Notes under the pieces: generated by a model | What the model saw: only the letters and a program-made list of their open reading frames with translations | Database searches by the model: none | Told to the model about the DNA's origin: nothing | Shown: piece after piece, positions 1-10,302 of the stretch | Position numbering within the stretch: the first letter of the stretch is position 1 | Layout of the letters: each line of letters starts with the position of its first letter | Made by a program: the position numbers and the translations under genes | NCBI GenBank assembly: GCA_964395575.1 | Contig: CAYNCR010000003.1 | Span: forward strand, 1-34,031 | Origin: an uncultured Desulfohalobiaceae bacterium | Lineage (GTDB): Bacteria; Desulfobacterota; Desulfovibrionia; Desulfovibrionales; Desulfothermaceae | Length of the DNA stretch: 34,031 nt | Reading direction: 5' to 3'

Positions 1-343
1 CTTTGTTGGTACCGCTTGAGGTGGAATTGATTCCCTCCAGTCATCATTATTCACACCATTTGAATCCTGCTTCCCCGGAAGTGATTCGGGAATGTCGATG
101 AGGTGTTGCGTATCCCATCATGGGAAACCCGGGATGAAACCTGCGCTTCAGCGTCCACCCGCCTTCGCCTCGCGCCATTTTCATGCTTGGTTGTGCCCGG
201 GTCGGCCCGGGAATGACGGTTGTAATTTTGCTCTGGTGTGTCCGCGCTTGTTCTGGCATACGTGAGGCGGGACGGGGAGAACGGAACTTCACCCGCGAGG
301 CTTGCGAACCGGATAAGGCGGTATAAGTTGCCTGGAGGTGCCC

Positions 344-1990
344 ATGCGGATCGGCCTGGCGCAGATCAATCCCACTGTCGGGGCCTTTGCCCACAACTGC
401 GAACGGATTGTTCGCTCCGCGGAACAAGCGGCTCGCGAGGGCTGCGACCTTGTGGTCCTTCCGGAGATGGCCCTACTGGGCTATCCGCCACAGGATCTCC
501 TGGACAGGGAGGGCTTTGTCAGCGATAGCCTCGTCTATTGGCAGCGCATCGCCGAGGCGAGCCGGGATGTGGCCATCCTCTGCGGCGTGGTGGCCCCCAA
601 TGAGTCCGGAGCGGGCAAGCCCTACCAAAACGCGGCCCTGTTCTGCAGCGGCGGCCGCGTCGAGCGGGTCATGGCCAAACGGCTGCTACCCTCCTACGAC
701 GTTTTCGACGAGGAGCGCTATTTCGAGCCGGGCACCGAGCCGGCCTGGGTGGATTTTGGCGGGCTGCGCCTGGGCATTACCGTCTGCGAGGATATCTGGA
801 CCCGGGAGCCTTTCGGGCCGGGCCAGCGCTATCGCCAGGACCCTGTACGGGACGTGGCGGAACACGGCCCGGACCTTCTGATCAACCTCTCGGCTTCGCC
901 CTATCATACTGGAAAGGGAGAGCGGATCGGCGAACTGCTCGCCGTCCACGCACGTGAGCACAGAATGCCCGTGCTCTACGTGAATCAGGTGGGGGGCAAC
1001 GACGAGCTCGTCTTCCACGGCCGCAGCATGGCCCTGGACCGTCAGGGGGAAGTGATCGCCCGTGGAGCGGATTTTACTGAGGACCTCATTCTATGGGACA
1101 ATGATCTATCGGGGAAGGTGGCACCGCCCGAATTCACCGCCAGTGAAGAGGGCGAAATCCTGAAAGCCCTGGAGCTGGGCCTTAGGGACTACATCGCCAA
1201 ATGCGGCTTCAGCCGGGTGGTGCTCGGCCTGAGCGGCGGGATCGATTCCGCCGTGACCGCCTGCGTGGCCGTGTCCGCCCTGGGGGCGGAAAACGTGCGA
1301 ACCGTGGCCCTGCCGGGGCCGTACAACGATCCCGCCAGCCTGGAGCTGTCCCGGGAGCTGGCGGCGAATTTGGGGACCGCCTTCGAGGTGCTTCCCATCG
1401 ACGAGCTGTACCACGGCGCGAATCAGACCCTTTCCCACGTTTTTCAAGGCCGGGAGCGGGACGTGACCGAGGAGAACGTCCAGGCCAGGCTCCGCGGCCT
1501 CCTGCTTATGGCCGTCTCCAACAAGTTCGGCGAGCTCCTGCTCAACACCGGCAACAAGTCCGAGCTGGCAGTGGGGTACTGCACCCTGTACGGAGATATG
1601 AACGGGGGCATCTCCGTCCTGGGAGACGTGCCCAAAACCTCGGTCTACGGCGTCGCCCGCCTGATCAACGAGGAACAGGGCTGGATCCCGGAAGGGATCA
1701 TTTCCCGTCCGCCCTCGGCCGAGCTGAGCCCTGATCAGAAGGACGAGGATTCCCTGCCGCCCTACCATGTCCTGGATGCTATCCTCTATGCCTATGTGGA
1801 GGAGAACCTGTCCCTGGAGGCAATCGCAGCGAGAGGGTATGACGCTGGTACAGCCGAATGGGTTGTCCACCGGATCTACACCAATGAATACAAGCGGAGG
1901 CAGGGGCCGCCGGTCCTGCGCGTGACCAGCAAGGCCTTCGGAATGGGCCGGCGCCTGCCCATCGCCCACGGATATCGGGATCGTGCATGA
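344..1990 (+). CDS. nadE: Glutamine-dependent NAD+ synthetase
   Basis: ORF 338..1990. It has an N-terminal CN-hydrolase (glutaminase) domain and a C-terminal NAD synthase domain with the SGGIDS PP-loop. I prefer ATG 344, preceded by GGAGG at 334-338, over GTG 338. Confidence 0.9.
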   Translation: MRIGLAQINPTVGAFAHNCERIVRSAEQAAREGCDLVVLPEMALLGYPPQDLLDREGFVSDSLVYWQRIAEASRDVAILCGVVAPNESGAGKPYQNAALFCSGGRVERVMAKRLLPSYDVFDEERYFEPGTEPAWVDFGGLRLGITVCEDIWTREPFGPGQRYRQDPVRDVAEHGPDLLINLSASPYHTGKGERIGELLAVHAREHRMPVLYVNQVGGNDELVFHGRSMALDRQGEVIARGADFTEDLILWDNDLSGKVAPPEFTASEEGEILKALELGLRDYIAKCGFSRVVLGLSGGIDSAVTACVAVSALGAENVRTVALPGPYNDPASLELSRELAANLGTAFEVLPIDELYHGANQTLSHVFQGRERDVTEENVQARLRGLLLMAVSNKFGELLLNTGNKSELAVGYCTLYGDMNGGISVLGDVPKTSVYGVARLINEEQGWIPEGIISRPPSAELSPDQKDEDSLPPYHVLDAILYAYVEENLSLEAIAARGYDAGTAEWVVHRIYTNEYKRRQGPPVLRVTSKAFGMGRRLPIAHGYRDRA

Positions 1991-2108
1991 GTGTGCGAGT
2001 GGAGTGTGTATGACTGTGTCTGTGTAAGTGTGTGAGAAAGAGGAGAGCGCAGTGGCGAGCAAAAGGCGGAAAGAGAGTTTTTTTCGAGAGCGTGGAATGG
2101 GTGCGTGA

Positions 2109-2498
<390 letters not shown>

Positions 2499-2531
2499 CA
2501 GGGCGTTGAAAATCTTCCAATTGCTTCGTTG

Positions 2532-2596
2532 TCCGGCACCTATTTGAGGTGACAAAAGGGCGTCTGATTGACTTGGCTTCACAAATAGGTGCCGGA
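2532..2596 (+). terminator. Long hairpin downstream of glnB: 15-bp perfect stem with 35-nt loop and no U-run
   Basis: TCCGGCACCTATTTG (2532-2546) is the exact reverse complement of CAAATAGGTGCCGGA (2582-2596). It starts 34 nt after the glnB stop. Its function as a terminator is uncertain because no T-tract follows. Confidence 0.35.
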
Positions 2597-2787
2597 TTCA
2601 AACTCTCATGGAGCTTGCTACGCAACGAGCTTGAACTTTTTTCGAGCCTGCCCCTTGAAATTTTGGGGCGCCCTGCCTGATAAGGACTTTCTCAGCAAAC
2701 CGCTAGGCCGCTGCATTCTTCTGTGCCGGGTCGACCCGCCACAGGAGCGGGAAAGCGGGTGAATCATCCATCCATTGCGGTACGTCT

Positions 2788-5481
2788 ATGTATCAAAAAG
2801 CGAATGCTGAAGACTCAATCCGGGACGGGCAGACGTCCTGGAATATATGCCTGACAAGGCTGCAGAGCATCAGGGACGCCTTTCGAAGGGAATGCGGAGA
2901 GGTGGCCCCGGGAATCGGCGGTGTCAGGAGCTACGCCCAGCGTGTCCGGGCCGTGCTGGTCCGCGATCTGCCCCGGGAAGGGTTCCCTTCCCAAGGATGG
3001 GCCCTCATCGGTGTGGGGGGTCTGGGCAGGGGAGAGCTCAGCTTCCTCTCGGACCTGGATCTGCTCCTGCTCTATCGCCGCAGGCTGCCCGGGACTCTGG
3101 AAAACTTCCTGCGGCAGCTGGTCTCCGGGCTCTGGGACAGCGGCTTCAAGGTAGGGCACGTGGTTTCCTCTCCCACCGGGCTGGACCAGCTCATGCAACA
3201 GGATTTCGCCACTCGGACCAATTATCTGGAAACCAGCCTCATAACCGGGGACACAGAGCTCTATCGCACCTGGCGCGCCCACATGAGCCGCAGTCGGGGG
3301 CCACGGCGGACCAGGCGCTTCGTGGACGAGCTTGTTCGTTATCGCGAAGAGCGCCTGTCCCGTTACGGGGAAAGCAGCTATCTCCTGGAGCCCCAGGTCA
3401 AGGAGGGTCCGGGAGGGCTGCGCGATCTGCACATCCTGCGCTGGGCAGGTGCCGTCCTGCTGGGCGATCCGGGTCTGGACACCCTGAAATCGCGGGGATT
3501 CCTTACAGACGACGAGCGGCAGTGGCTGGAGCAAGCCCAGGACTTTCTGTGGCGGGTGCGGCTGCAGCTCCACGATCTCCGCGGCAGGCAGCAGGATCAG
3601 CTTCTTCTGCAGGAACAGCAGGATGTTGCGAAAAGGCTGGGTTTTGTCCGGAGCAGCGGGGACTCTGGGGTCGAGGCCTTCATGCGCCGCTATTACCAGC
3701 ATACCGCCAGGGTTCGCAGGGTCACCTCCTTCCTGCTGGAACGCTTCCAGGAGGACGTTACTCCCGCCTCTCGGCGCCGGAAGAAGCGAACCATCCTCCC
3801 TGGTCCCTTCCTCCGGGAAGACGGCCACATCCGCTTTCAGGACCCGGAGCTCATCCCCTCCAACCCCGGTCTTCTCATGGAGCTCTTCTGGCAGGCCGCC
3901 CGTGCCGGGGCCCATTTCCATCACCAAACCGGCCAGCTGATCCGGGAGAATCTGGACACCTTCGACGAGTCCTGGCGCAAGGATCCCGCTGTTGCAGAAC
4001 GATTTTTCGACATCCTCCTGGACCCGGATACCGCCTTCCCCACCCTGAAGGTCATGCTGGAAACCGGATTTCTGGAGCAATACATCCCCGAGTTTAAGTC
4101 CATCCGCTACCGCATGCAGTACGACGTGTACCACACCTACACGGTTGACGAGCACCTCTTGCGGACCGTGAAGAAGATGCATCTGCTTCTGGGGCCGGAG
4201 CGCGAAGAGCTCCCGGCATCGGACGACGAGGACGACGTCCTGTGGAGCCGTCTTGCGGGCAAGAAGCCCCTCTTTCTGGCCGCGCTGGTCCACGATGTGG
4301 CCAAGGGGCGCGGTGGCGGCCACGCGGAAAAGGGAGAGGAGCTGGTCCGCCCCATAGGTCGGCGTCTGGGTCTGGGCACGGAGGAGAACGAAGAGCTGGC
4401 CTTCCTGGTGCGGGAGCATCTCCTCCTGCCGGAAACCGCCTTGAAACGGGACCTCTCCGATGAGAAACCCATCGAGCACTGCGCCTTCAGAGCCGGATCC
4501 AGGGAGCGGCTGTTCATGCTCTATCTTTTGACTGTCGCGGACTCCAAGGCGACCGGGCCCCAGGTGTGGAATACATGGCGCAGCTCTCTTCTCGGCGAGC
4601 TCTTTCACAAGACCAAAGCCCTCCTCTCCAGGGAGGGGTGGCAAACCCGGGACGAGCAGGCTCGCCTGGATCTGGCCCGGCTCAAAGCCGAAGAAGCCCT
4701 CCTTCGGGACCATGCATTGAGCCCCGAGGAAGTGGAGCCGTGGCTGGCGAGCCTTTCTACCCGCTATCTTTTGACCCGGTCCCCGGAAGACGTGCGACGC
4801 CATTTCTTTTTGGAGCGCCAACTGGACACGAGCGGCAAGCCACGGATCGAGGCCCGGTCCACGTCCGCGGGGTTGTGGGAGATCGTCCTGGCCTGCTTCG
4901 ATCGGCCTGGCCTGTTCGTGTTCTTGACCGGTGTCCTCTGGGCCAACGGCATCAACATCCTTTCCGCGGACATCTACACCCGTTCCTATGGCGTGGCCCT
5001 GGACGTCCTGCTCGTGGATCAGATCCCGGACCCCCTGCAGCCGGAGAGGATCTGGGACATTCTCCAGAGGGACCTGAGCAGTGTCCTCGAGGGGGAGACC
5101 TCCCTGGATGCCTTTTTCCGCCGCAAGCCGCCCAGGAAGCCTGTGGGACGGACCAAGGTCGTGCCCAAGGAAGACAGCGTGCACATCGACGAGGAAGCCT
5201 CGGATCAGTACAGTGTGATCGAGGTTTACACCTGGGAGCGGCCCGGCGTGCTCCACGTCATTTCCCAGGTGCTCTACAACTTCGGCCTCTCCATTCAGTT
5301 GGCCAAGATTGCCACTCCGGGAGCACAGGTGGTGGACGTGTTCTATGTCACGGAGGCGTCCGGGGGCAAGATCCGGGACGAAGGAGTGCATGAGCGCCTG
5401 ACCGACGCCATGCTCAGCGCCCTGCGCCGCATGGACGGCCGGGGTGGCGAGGAAAAAGCGGAATCGGATCGGGCCCAGTAG
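2788..5481 (+). CDS. glnD: [Protein-PII] uridylyltransferase / uridylyl-removing enzyme
   Basis: 897-aa ORF. It has the nucleotidyltransferase motif GGLGRGELSFLSDLDLLLLY, a central HD domain (ALVHDVAKG), and two C-terminal ACT-like domains. Confidence 0.9.
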   Translation: MYQKANAEDSIRDGQTSWNICLTRLQSIRDAFRRECGEVAPGIGGVRSYAQRVRAVLVRDLPREGFPSQGWALIGVGGLGRGELSFLSDLDLLLLYRRRLPGTLENFLRQLVSGLWDSGFKVGHVVSSPTGLDQLMQQDFATRTNYLETSLITGDTELYRTWRAHMSRSRGPRRTRRFVDELVRYREERLSRYGESSYLLEPQVKEGPGGLRDLHILRWAGAVLLGDPGLDTLKSRGFLTDDERQWLEQAQDFLWRVRLQLHDLRGRQQDQLLLQEQQDVAKRLGFVRSSGDSGVEAFMRRYYQHTARVRRVTSFLLERFQEDVTPASRRRKKRTILPGPFLREDGHIRFQDPELIPSNPGLLMELFWQAARAGAHFHHQTGQLIRENLDTFDESWRKDPAVAERFFDILLDPDTAFPTLKVMLETGFLEQYIPEFKSIRYRMQYDVYHTYTVDEHLLRTVKKMHLLLGPEREELPASDDEDDVLWSRLAGKKPLFLAALVHDVAKGRGGGHAEKGEELVRPIGRRLGLGTEENEELAFLVREHLLLPETALKRDLSDEKPIEHCAFRAGSRERLFMLYLLTVADSKATGPQVWNTWRSSLLGELFHKTKALLSREGWQTRDEQARLDLARLKAEEALLRDHALSPEEVEPWLASLSTRYLLTRSPEDVRRHFFLERQLDTSGKPRIEARSTSAGLWEIVLACFDRPGLFVFLTGVLWANGINILSADIYTRSYGVALDVLLVDQIPDPLQPERIWDILQRDLSSVLEGETSLDAFFRRKPPRKPVGRTKVVPKEDSVHIDEEASDQYSVIEVYTWERPGVLHVISQVLYNFGLSIQLAKIATPGAQVVDVFYVTEASGGKIRDEGVHERLTDAMLSALRRMDGRGGEEKAESDRAQ

Positions 5482-5513
5482 CGAGATGGAGGGCTTGGTC
5501 TCAAACGGATTGC

Positions 5514-5541
5514 GACAATGATACAAGATTGTATCATTGTC
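5514..5541. promoter_or_regulatory. AT-rich perfect 13-bp inverted repeat; candidate upstream activator site for the glnA sigma-54 promoter
   Basis: GACAATGATACAA-GA-TTGTATCATTGTC. It lies about 190 bp upstream of the -24/-12 element in an otherwise GC-rich spacer. No U-run follows, so it is a poor terminator. Confidence 0.35.
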
Positions 5542-5709
5542 ATGCCCACGCAGTTTCCGGTGTGCGTGCGAAACGACGGAAAAAAGTCCCGCGATTGAGG
5601 GATCTTTGGCTGGAGGGGCGAAAGGGGGGATACGAATTTGTGCGCTCCGGTCATTCCCTTCGCGACGCGGAACCGCTCTGTGACCATTGAAATAGTGGAA
5701 CTGGTGATT

Positions 5710-5725
5710 TGGCAAAGAAATTGCA
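5710..5725 (+). promoter_or_regulatory. Sigma-54 (-24/-12) promoter of glnA
   Basis: TGGCAAAGAAATTGCA matches TGGCAC-N5-TTGCW, with exact GG-N10-GC spacing. It lies about 125 nt upstream of the glnA ATG. Confidence 0.65.
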
Positions 5726-5849
5726 TTAAAAAGGGACAGATTGGATCCGTGCAGGAGACTCATGGCTCGGCAGTGGAGGGATGTTTTCGCTGCTTGGCCC
5801 AGTGGAGCAACTCGCGGAAGGACGTGAGATCAAGGAAACAGGAGGCAGT

Positions 5850-7262
5850 ATGAGTCCGAAAGACGTAATGGATTACGCCAAGAAGCATGGGGCCCGGATG
5901 GTGGATCTGCGCTTCCTCGACTTCCCGGGGATCTGGCAGCATTTCAGCATCCCTTTCGCTGAGTTCGACGAGGACGCCTTCGACGACGGCTTCGGCTTCG
6001 ACGGCTCGAGCATCCGTGGATGGATGCCCATCAACGCCAGCGACATGTTGGTGATTCCGGATCCGGACACCGCGATGATGGATCCCTTTACCGAGGTGCC
6101 CACTCTCACCCTGATCGGCAATATCGTGGATCCCATGACCCGGGAGAAGTTTTCCCGCGATCCGCGCTACATCGCCCAGAAGGCAGAGGACTTCGTCAAG
6201 TTCACCGGTCTTGGCGACACCGTGTTCATCGGCCCGGAGGCGGAATACTTCGTTTTCGACGACATCCGCTACGACAGCGCATCCCACTTCGGATACCACC
6301 AGATCGATTCCGTGGAGGGCATCTGGAACACCGGGAAGGACGAGAAGCCCAACCTGGGGTACAAGCCCCGGCACAAGGAGGGCTACTTCCCCGTGCCGCC
6401 AACGGACACTTATCAGGACATGCGCACCGAAATGACCGAGATCATGCAGCAGGTGGGCATGCGTATCGAGTGCCACCACCATGAGGTGGCCACCGCCGGA
6501 CAGGCGGAGATCGACATGCGCTTTACGCCCCTGGTGCACATGGGCGACCAGCTGATGTGGTTCAAGTACATCATCAAGAACGTGGCCAGGCGGCACAACA
6601 AGACCGCGACCTTCATGCCCAAGCCCCTGTACGGGGACAACGGCTCCGGGATGCACACCCATCTGAGCATCTGGAATCAGGGAGACCCCCTGTTCGCCGG
6701 GGACCGCTACGCCGGGCTGAGCGAGACCGCCATGTTCGCCATGGGAGGAATCCTGAAGCATTCCCGGGCCCTGTGCGCCCTGACCAATCCCACGACCAAC
6801 TCCTACAAGCGCCTGGTGCCCGGGTACGAGGCCCCGGTGCACCTGGCCTACTCCAGCCGGAACCGCAGCGCGGCCCTGCGCATTCCCATGTATGACACGT
6901 CGCCCAAGGCGAAGCGCATCGAGATCCGCTATCCGGACCCCTCCTGCAATGGATACATGGCCTTCAGCGCCATGCTCATGGCGGCTGTTGACGGGATCGA
7001 GAACCGCATCGACCCCGGTGAGCCCCTGGACAAGGACATCTATTCCCTGAGCCCGGAAGAGCTCCAGGGCGTGCCCTCCACGCCGGCTTCCCTGGACGAG
7101 GCCCTGGACGCCCTGGAGAAGGATCACGAGTTCCTGCTCAAGGGCGATGTGTTCACCCAGGACGTCATCGACTCCTGGATTGCCTACAAGCGGGAGCACG
7201 AAGTGGATCCCGTCCGCCTGAGGCCCCATCCCTATGAGTTCATGCTCTATTATGATATCTAG
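5850..7262 (+). CDS. glnA: Glutamine synthetase type I
   Basis: 470 aa from ATG 5850, with AGGAGG 6 nt upstream. GS-I is conserved throughout. The adenylylation-loop Tyr is retained in [10 protein letters not shown]. Confidence 0.95.
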   Translation: MSPKDVMDYAKKHGARMVDLRFLDFPGIWQHFSIPFAEFDEDAFDDGFGFDGSSIRGWMPINASDMLVIPDPDTAMMDPFTEVPTLTLIGNIVDPMTREKFSRDPRYIAQKAEDFVKFTGLGDTVFIGPEAEYFVFDDIRYDSASHFGYHQIDSVEGIWNTGKDEKPNLGYKPRHKEGYFPVPPTDTYQDMRTEMTEIMQQVGMRIECHHHEVATAGQAEIDMRFTPLVHMGDQLMWFKYIIKNVARRHNKTATFMPKPLYGDNGSGMHTHLSIWNQGDPLFAGDRYAGLSETAMFAMGGILKHSRALCALTNPTTNSYKRLVPGYEAPVHLAYSSRNRSAALRIPMYDTSPKAKRIEIRYPDPSCNGYMAFSAMLMAAVDGIENRIDPGEPLDKDIYSLSPEELQGVPSTPASLDEALDALEKDHEFLLKGDVFTQDVIDSWIAYKREHEVDPVRLRPHPYEFMLYYDI

Positions 7263-7285
7263 GACTGAGCGCCATCCCTAGCGAT

Positions 7286-7325
7286 GCAGAAGCCGCGGCG
7301 ATGATCCATTGCCGCGGCTTTCTGC
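7286..7325 (+). terminator. Terminator-like hairpin after glnA
   Basis: GCAGAAGCCGCGGC pairs with GCCGCGGCTTTCTGC, giving 14 bp with one bulged T and an 11-nt loop. It starts 24 nt after the glnA stop. The U-tract is weak. Confidence 0.6.
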
Positions 7326-7494
7326 CTTGTGCCAGAGGCAGAGGACAGATCCCGGACGCCGGATATCAGGCACCGGATATCAAGCCTCTGAGGCCGCCTT
7401 CCATTTCAAGGGGGCCGATACAGAGTTGGCAATCCGCCTCCCGCGCAGCTTTTGCAGCAATCATCAGTCTACCGGTTGCGATACGAGGTCGACC

Positions 7495-10242
7495 ATGACC
7501 ACGGCCAGAATGGAGCACATCACCGAGATCCGGCTCATCCGGAACGCATCGACCTACTTGAGCCGGCTGCTCAACCGGCAGGAATACATGGACTGGCTCT
7601 GGAGCCGGAACAACCTCATGCGCCGCTATCCCCTGACCGAGCTTTACCGGGATCTGAGCGACGCCGCCGAGGCCTGCGCTTCCTACAGGGAGCTGGCCAG
7701 CTGCTTCCGGCAGTTCAAGCAGCGCCATTTCCTGCGCATCGGAGGCCGCGATCTCCTCGGCCTTGCGGACTTTTCCGAGACTACGCGCCAATTGAGCGAG
7801 CTGGCAGGAGTGGCCCTGCAAGTGGGCCTGAAGACATTTACGGAACGGCCCGATTTGTGGTGCGGCAATCGGGACCCAGAGGAGTTCGTCCGCAATCTGC
7901 GGGAGAACCCGGTGACCGTCATGGGTTTGGGCAAGCTGGGCGGCAGTGAGCTCAACTACGTCTCGGACGTGGATCTGGTTCTTTTTCGGCGCTTCTCCGG
8001 GGGTGACGGCGGCCACCGGAGCTTCTGCCAGGCGTTGTGCCGCCTGGTGGGGGAGCAGTTCGAGGGGGACAGGGTCTTTACAACGGACCTGCGGTTGCGG
8101 CCCATGGGCAAGGACGGAGAGTTGGTTCCGCCCATGGAGGCGGCTGCGGAGTACTACCTCAATTCCGGGAAGGCCTGGGAGCGACAGGCCCTGCTCAAGG
8201 CAAGGCCGTTTGCCGGGGACCGGGGTCTGGGACGCGCCTTCCTCCAGGAGGTAACCCCTTTTGTCTTCCGCCGGTTCATGGACTTTCAGGCACTGGAGGA
8301 GCTACGGGAAATGCGGGACCGCATTTTGGCCGAGCTCAAGCGCACGGAGCGAGACCTCTTCCAGGACGTGAAGCTGGGCCGCGGCGGAATACGGGAAATC
8401 GAGTTCACAGTGCAGTCCTTCCAGCTGATCTACGGCGGGCGCTACCGGGAGCTGGACGAGCCGAACACCCTGGCCTGCCTGGACAAGCTCCGAAAGCTGG
8501 AGCTCCTGCCGGAGGAGGTGGCTCTGCAGCTGCAGCAGGACTACCAGTTTCTGCGCAGGGTGGAGCACTGGCTGCAGCTGGACCAGAACCGCCAGACGCG
8601 GAGAATTCCCGATTCCGAGGCGGATCGGCGCAGGCTGGCCACCGCCCTCGGCTTCGGGGACAGGGTGCAGGCTTTCGCCGAGGAGCTCGAGGCCTGCGGA
8701 AACCGGGTGCACGAACACTTTACCGCCCTGTTCAGGTCAGGAGAGGAAAGAGAGGGCTCAGGAAGCAAGAGAGAGGAGACAGGAGAGACTGGAGAAAGGA
8801 CGAAGGATGGCCCAAGTGCGGCATCCCTCTCCGCCTACTCCCAGAGCCTGGAGCAGGCCCTGGCTGAATTCCCCGATCCGGTGCGGCAAACGGTCATCTC
8901 AGCGCTGGAGGACCTTTCAGGTGTGGACGGGGAGCTTTTCTCCAGGCTGATCAGCCGCATAGAGCGTTTTTTCCGGCAGGTGGCCTCCAGGCCCGGTCTG
9001 GCCAAAATGCTTGAAGCGGGCCCGCAGTGGCTGGATCAGGTGGTGCGGGGCACCCTCCGTTCGGGCATGGTGGCTTCCCTGCTGGCTCATCAGCCGGCGC
9101 TCGTGGAGGGCATTGCCTCCGCTGGCGGAGTGGGTCAGGGCTATGAGCAGTGGCGTCAGAGGGGGGAGAGCATACTCGCCGGCTGCCACGTTTTCGACGA
9201 GGCCATGGAGTGGATTCGCCGCCTGCGGAATGAGCGGCTGCTCATGCTGGCCCTGGCGGAGCAGGAGGAAGAGATCTCCGCGGAGCAAGTCAGCGGGGAG
9301 CTTTCCGATCTCGCGGACTTCGTGATCCGGCACACCTACGAGTGGGTCCGTCTTCGACTGGGGCTGGCCGAGGACCTGCCCCTCGTGGTCATGGCCCTGG
9401 GCAAGCTGGGCAGCCGGGAGTTCGGCTATCTTTCCGATCTGGATCTCATGTTCGTGTACGATCCCTCAGGCGGGGAGCAGGAAATGATCCCGGAAAAAGT
9501 GGTGCGTCTGGCGCAGCGGCTCATGCGCATGCTCAGCACCCCGCTCCAGGAGGGGCCGGGCTATTCCGTGGACGCGGAGCTCCGGCCCAGCGGGAGCTAC
9601 GGTCCGTTGGCAGTGACCCGCAAGTCCTGGGAGGATTACTACACCAATCAGGCGGATATCTGGGAGATCCAGGCCCTGCTCCGTCTCCGGGCGGTGGCCG
9701 GAAACAGGGAATTGGGACAGGACCTGGAGGAGAAGGCCCGTTCCATTTGTGCCGCCCAGCGGGCAGAGGACAGCGTCTGGCCCAGGCTGTGCCATCTGCG
9801 GCAGCGCATAGAGACGGAACGGAGCCAGGACGGCCCGGAAACCGCGGATATTAAGCTGGGGTACGGGGGAGCGGCGGATCTGGAATTTCTGGTTCAGGGC
9901 GGCCAGCTGCTCGGTTGCGGCGGAGAGATTGCCCAGGGAGAGAGAAGCGTGCTTCAGCTGACGGAGCCTGTGCTGCGAGATCTCGGCTTTTCGGATGAGC
10001 GGGCACGGACCCTGCGGCGCATCCTTGCCACCTACAGGAGCCTGGAGCATCGCCTCCAGCTGGATGTCGGCCGCAGCTCGTCCACCGTCACGAAGCAACG
10101 CTTGAGCGCGCTGCAGCAGCTTGAGCTCTGGCCCCCGGATAGCGAGGAGCAGCAGGACCTGCGGAACTGGACCGATCTGACCCGTATGCGCCAGATGGTC
10201 AGGGGGTGCTGGAGTCCCTTCTGCGAGGAGGGTCCGGGTTAG
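7495..10242 (+). CDS. glnE: Bifunctional glutamine synthetase adenylyltransferase / adenylyl-removing enzyme
   Basis: ORF 7309..10242. Two tandem GlnE nucleotidyltransferase modules are present (GKLGGSELNYVSDVDLVLF and GKLGSREFGYLSDLDLMFVY). I chose the start at ATG 7495 (MTTARMEHI) because the upstream part of the ORF covers the glnA terminator. Confidence 0.88.
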   Translation: MTTARMEHITEIRLIRNASTYLSRLLNRQEYMDWLWSRNNLMRRYPLTELYRDLSDAAEACASYRELASCFRQFKQRHFLRIGGRDLLGLADFSETTRQLSELAGVALQVGLKTFTERPDLWCGNRDPEEFVRNLRENPVTVMGLGKLGGSELNYVSDVDLVLFRRFSGGDGGHRSFCQALCRLVGEQFEGDRVFTTDLRLRPMGKDGELVPPMEAAAEYYLNSGKAWERQALLKARPFAGDRGLGRAFLQEVTPFVFRRFMDFQALEELREMRDRILAELKRTERDLFQDVKLGRGGIREIEFTVQSFQLIYGGRYRELDEPNTLACLDKLRKLELLPEEVALQLQQDYQFLRRVEHWLQLDQNRQTRRIPDSEADRRRLATALGFGDRVQAFAEELEACGNRVHEHFTALFRSGEEREGSGSKREETGETGERTKDGPSAASLSAYSQSLEQALAEFPDPVRQTVISALEDLSGVDGELFSRLISRIERFFRQVASRPGLAKMLEAGPQWLDQVVRGTLRSGMVASLLAHQPALVEGIASAGGVGQGYEQWRQRGESILAGCHVFDEAMEWIRRLRNERLLMLALAEQEEEISAEQVSGELSDLADFVIRHTYEWVRLRLGLAEDLPLVVMALGKLGSREFGYLSDLDLMFVYDPSGGEQEMIPEKVVRLAQRLMRMLSTPLQEGPGYSVDAELRPSGSYGPLAVTRKSWEDYYTNQADIWEIQALLRLRAVAGNRELGQDLEEKARSICAAQRAEDSVWPRLCHLRQRIETERSQDGPETADIKLGYGGAADLEFLVQGGQLLGCGGEIAQGERSVLQLTEPVLRDLGFSDERARTLRRILATYRSLEHRLQLDVGRSSSTVTKQRLSALQQLELWPPDSEEQQDLRNWTDLTRMRQMVRGCWSPFCEEGPG

Positions 10243-10302
10243 GCCTTGAGCGAGACTTGCCCGAACGCGCTCTCTGTGTTGCAATTTTATTTTCCTTGAG
10301 TG

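Noticed and set aside
254-269. TGGCATACGTGAGGCG upstream of nadE as a sigma-54 promoter.
   Set aside because: Only the GG and GC dinucleotides match and the -12 region is poor. This is indistinguishable from chance in GC-rich DNA.
47-427. The 126-aa minus-strand ORF at the left edge, and any gene in 1-337.
   Set aside because: It overlaps the nadE start and shows no homology signal or RBS. I leave the first 340 bp unannotated.
2815-5763. Very long antisense ORFs opposite real genes: 982 aa opposite glnD. Others are 5760-7229 opposite glnA, 10546-11847 opposite the cysS-like gene, 14522-15859 opposite aroG, 18172-19242 opposite msrAB, 21437-23527 opposite phr, 31117-32301 opposite recD2, and 1106-2194 opposite nadE.
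   Set aside because: They are Arg/Pro/Gly/Leu-rich with no recognisable domains, and each mirrors a strongly homologous gene on the other strand. This is the typical stop-codon-poor antisense frame of GC-rich DNA.
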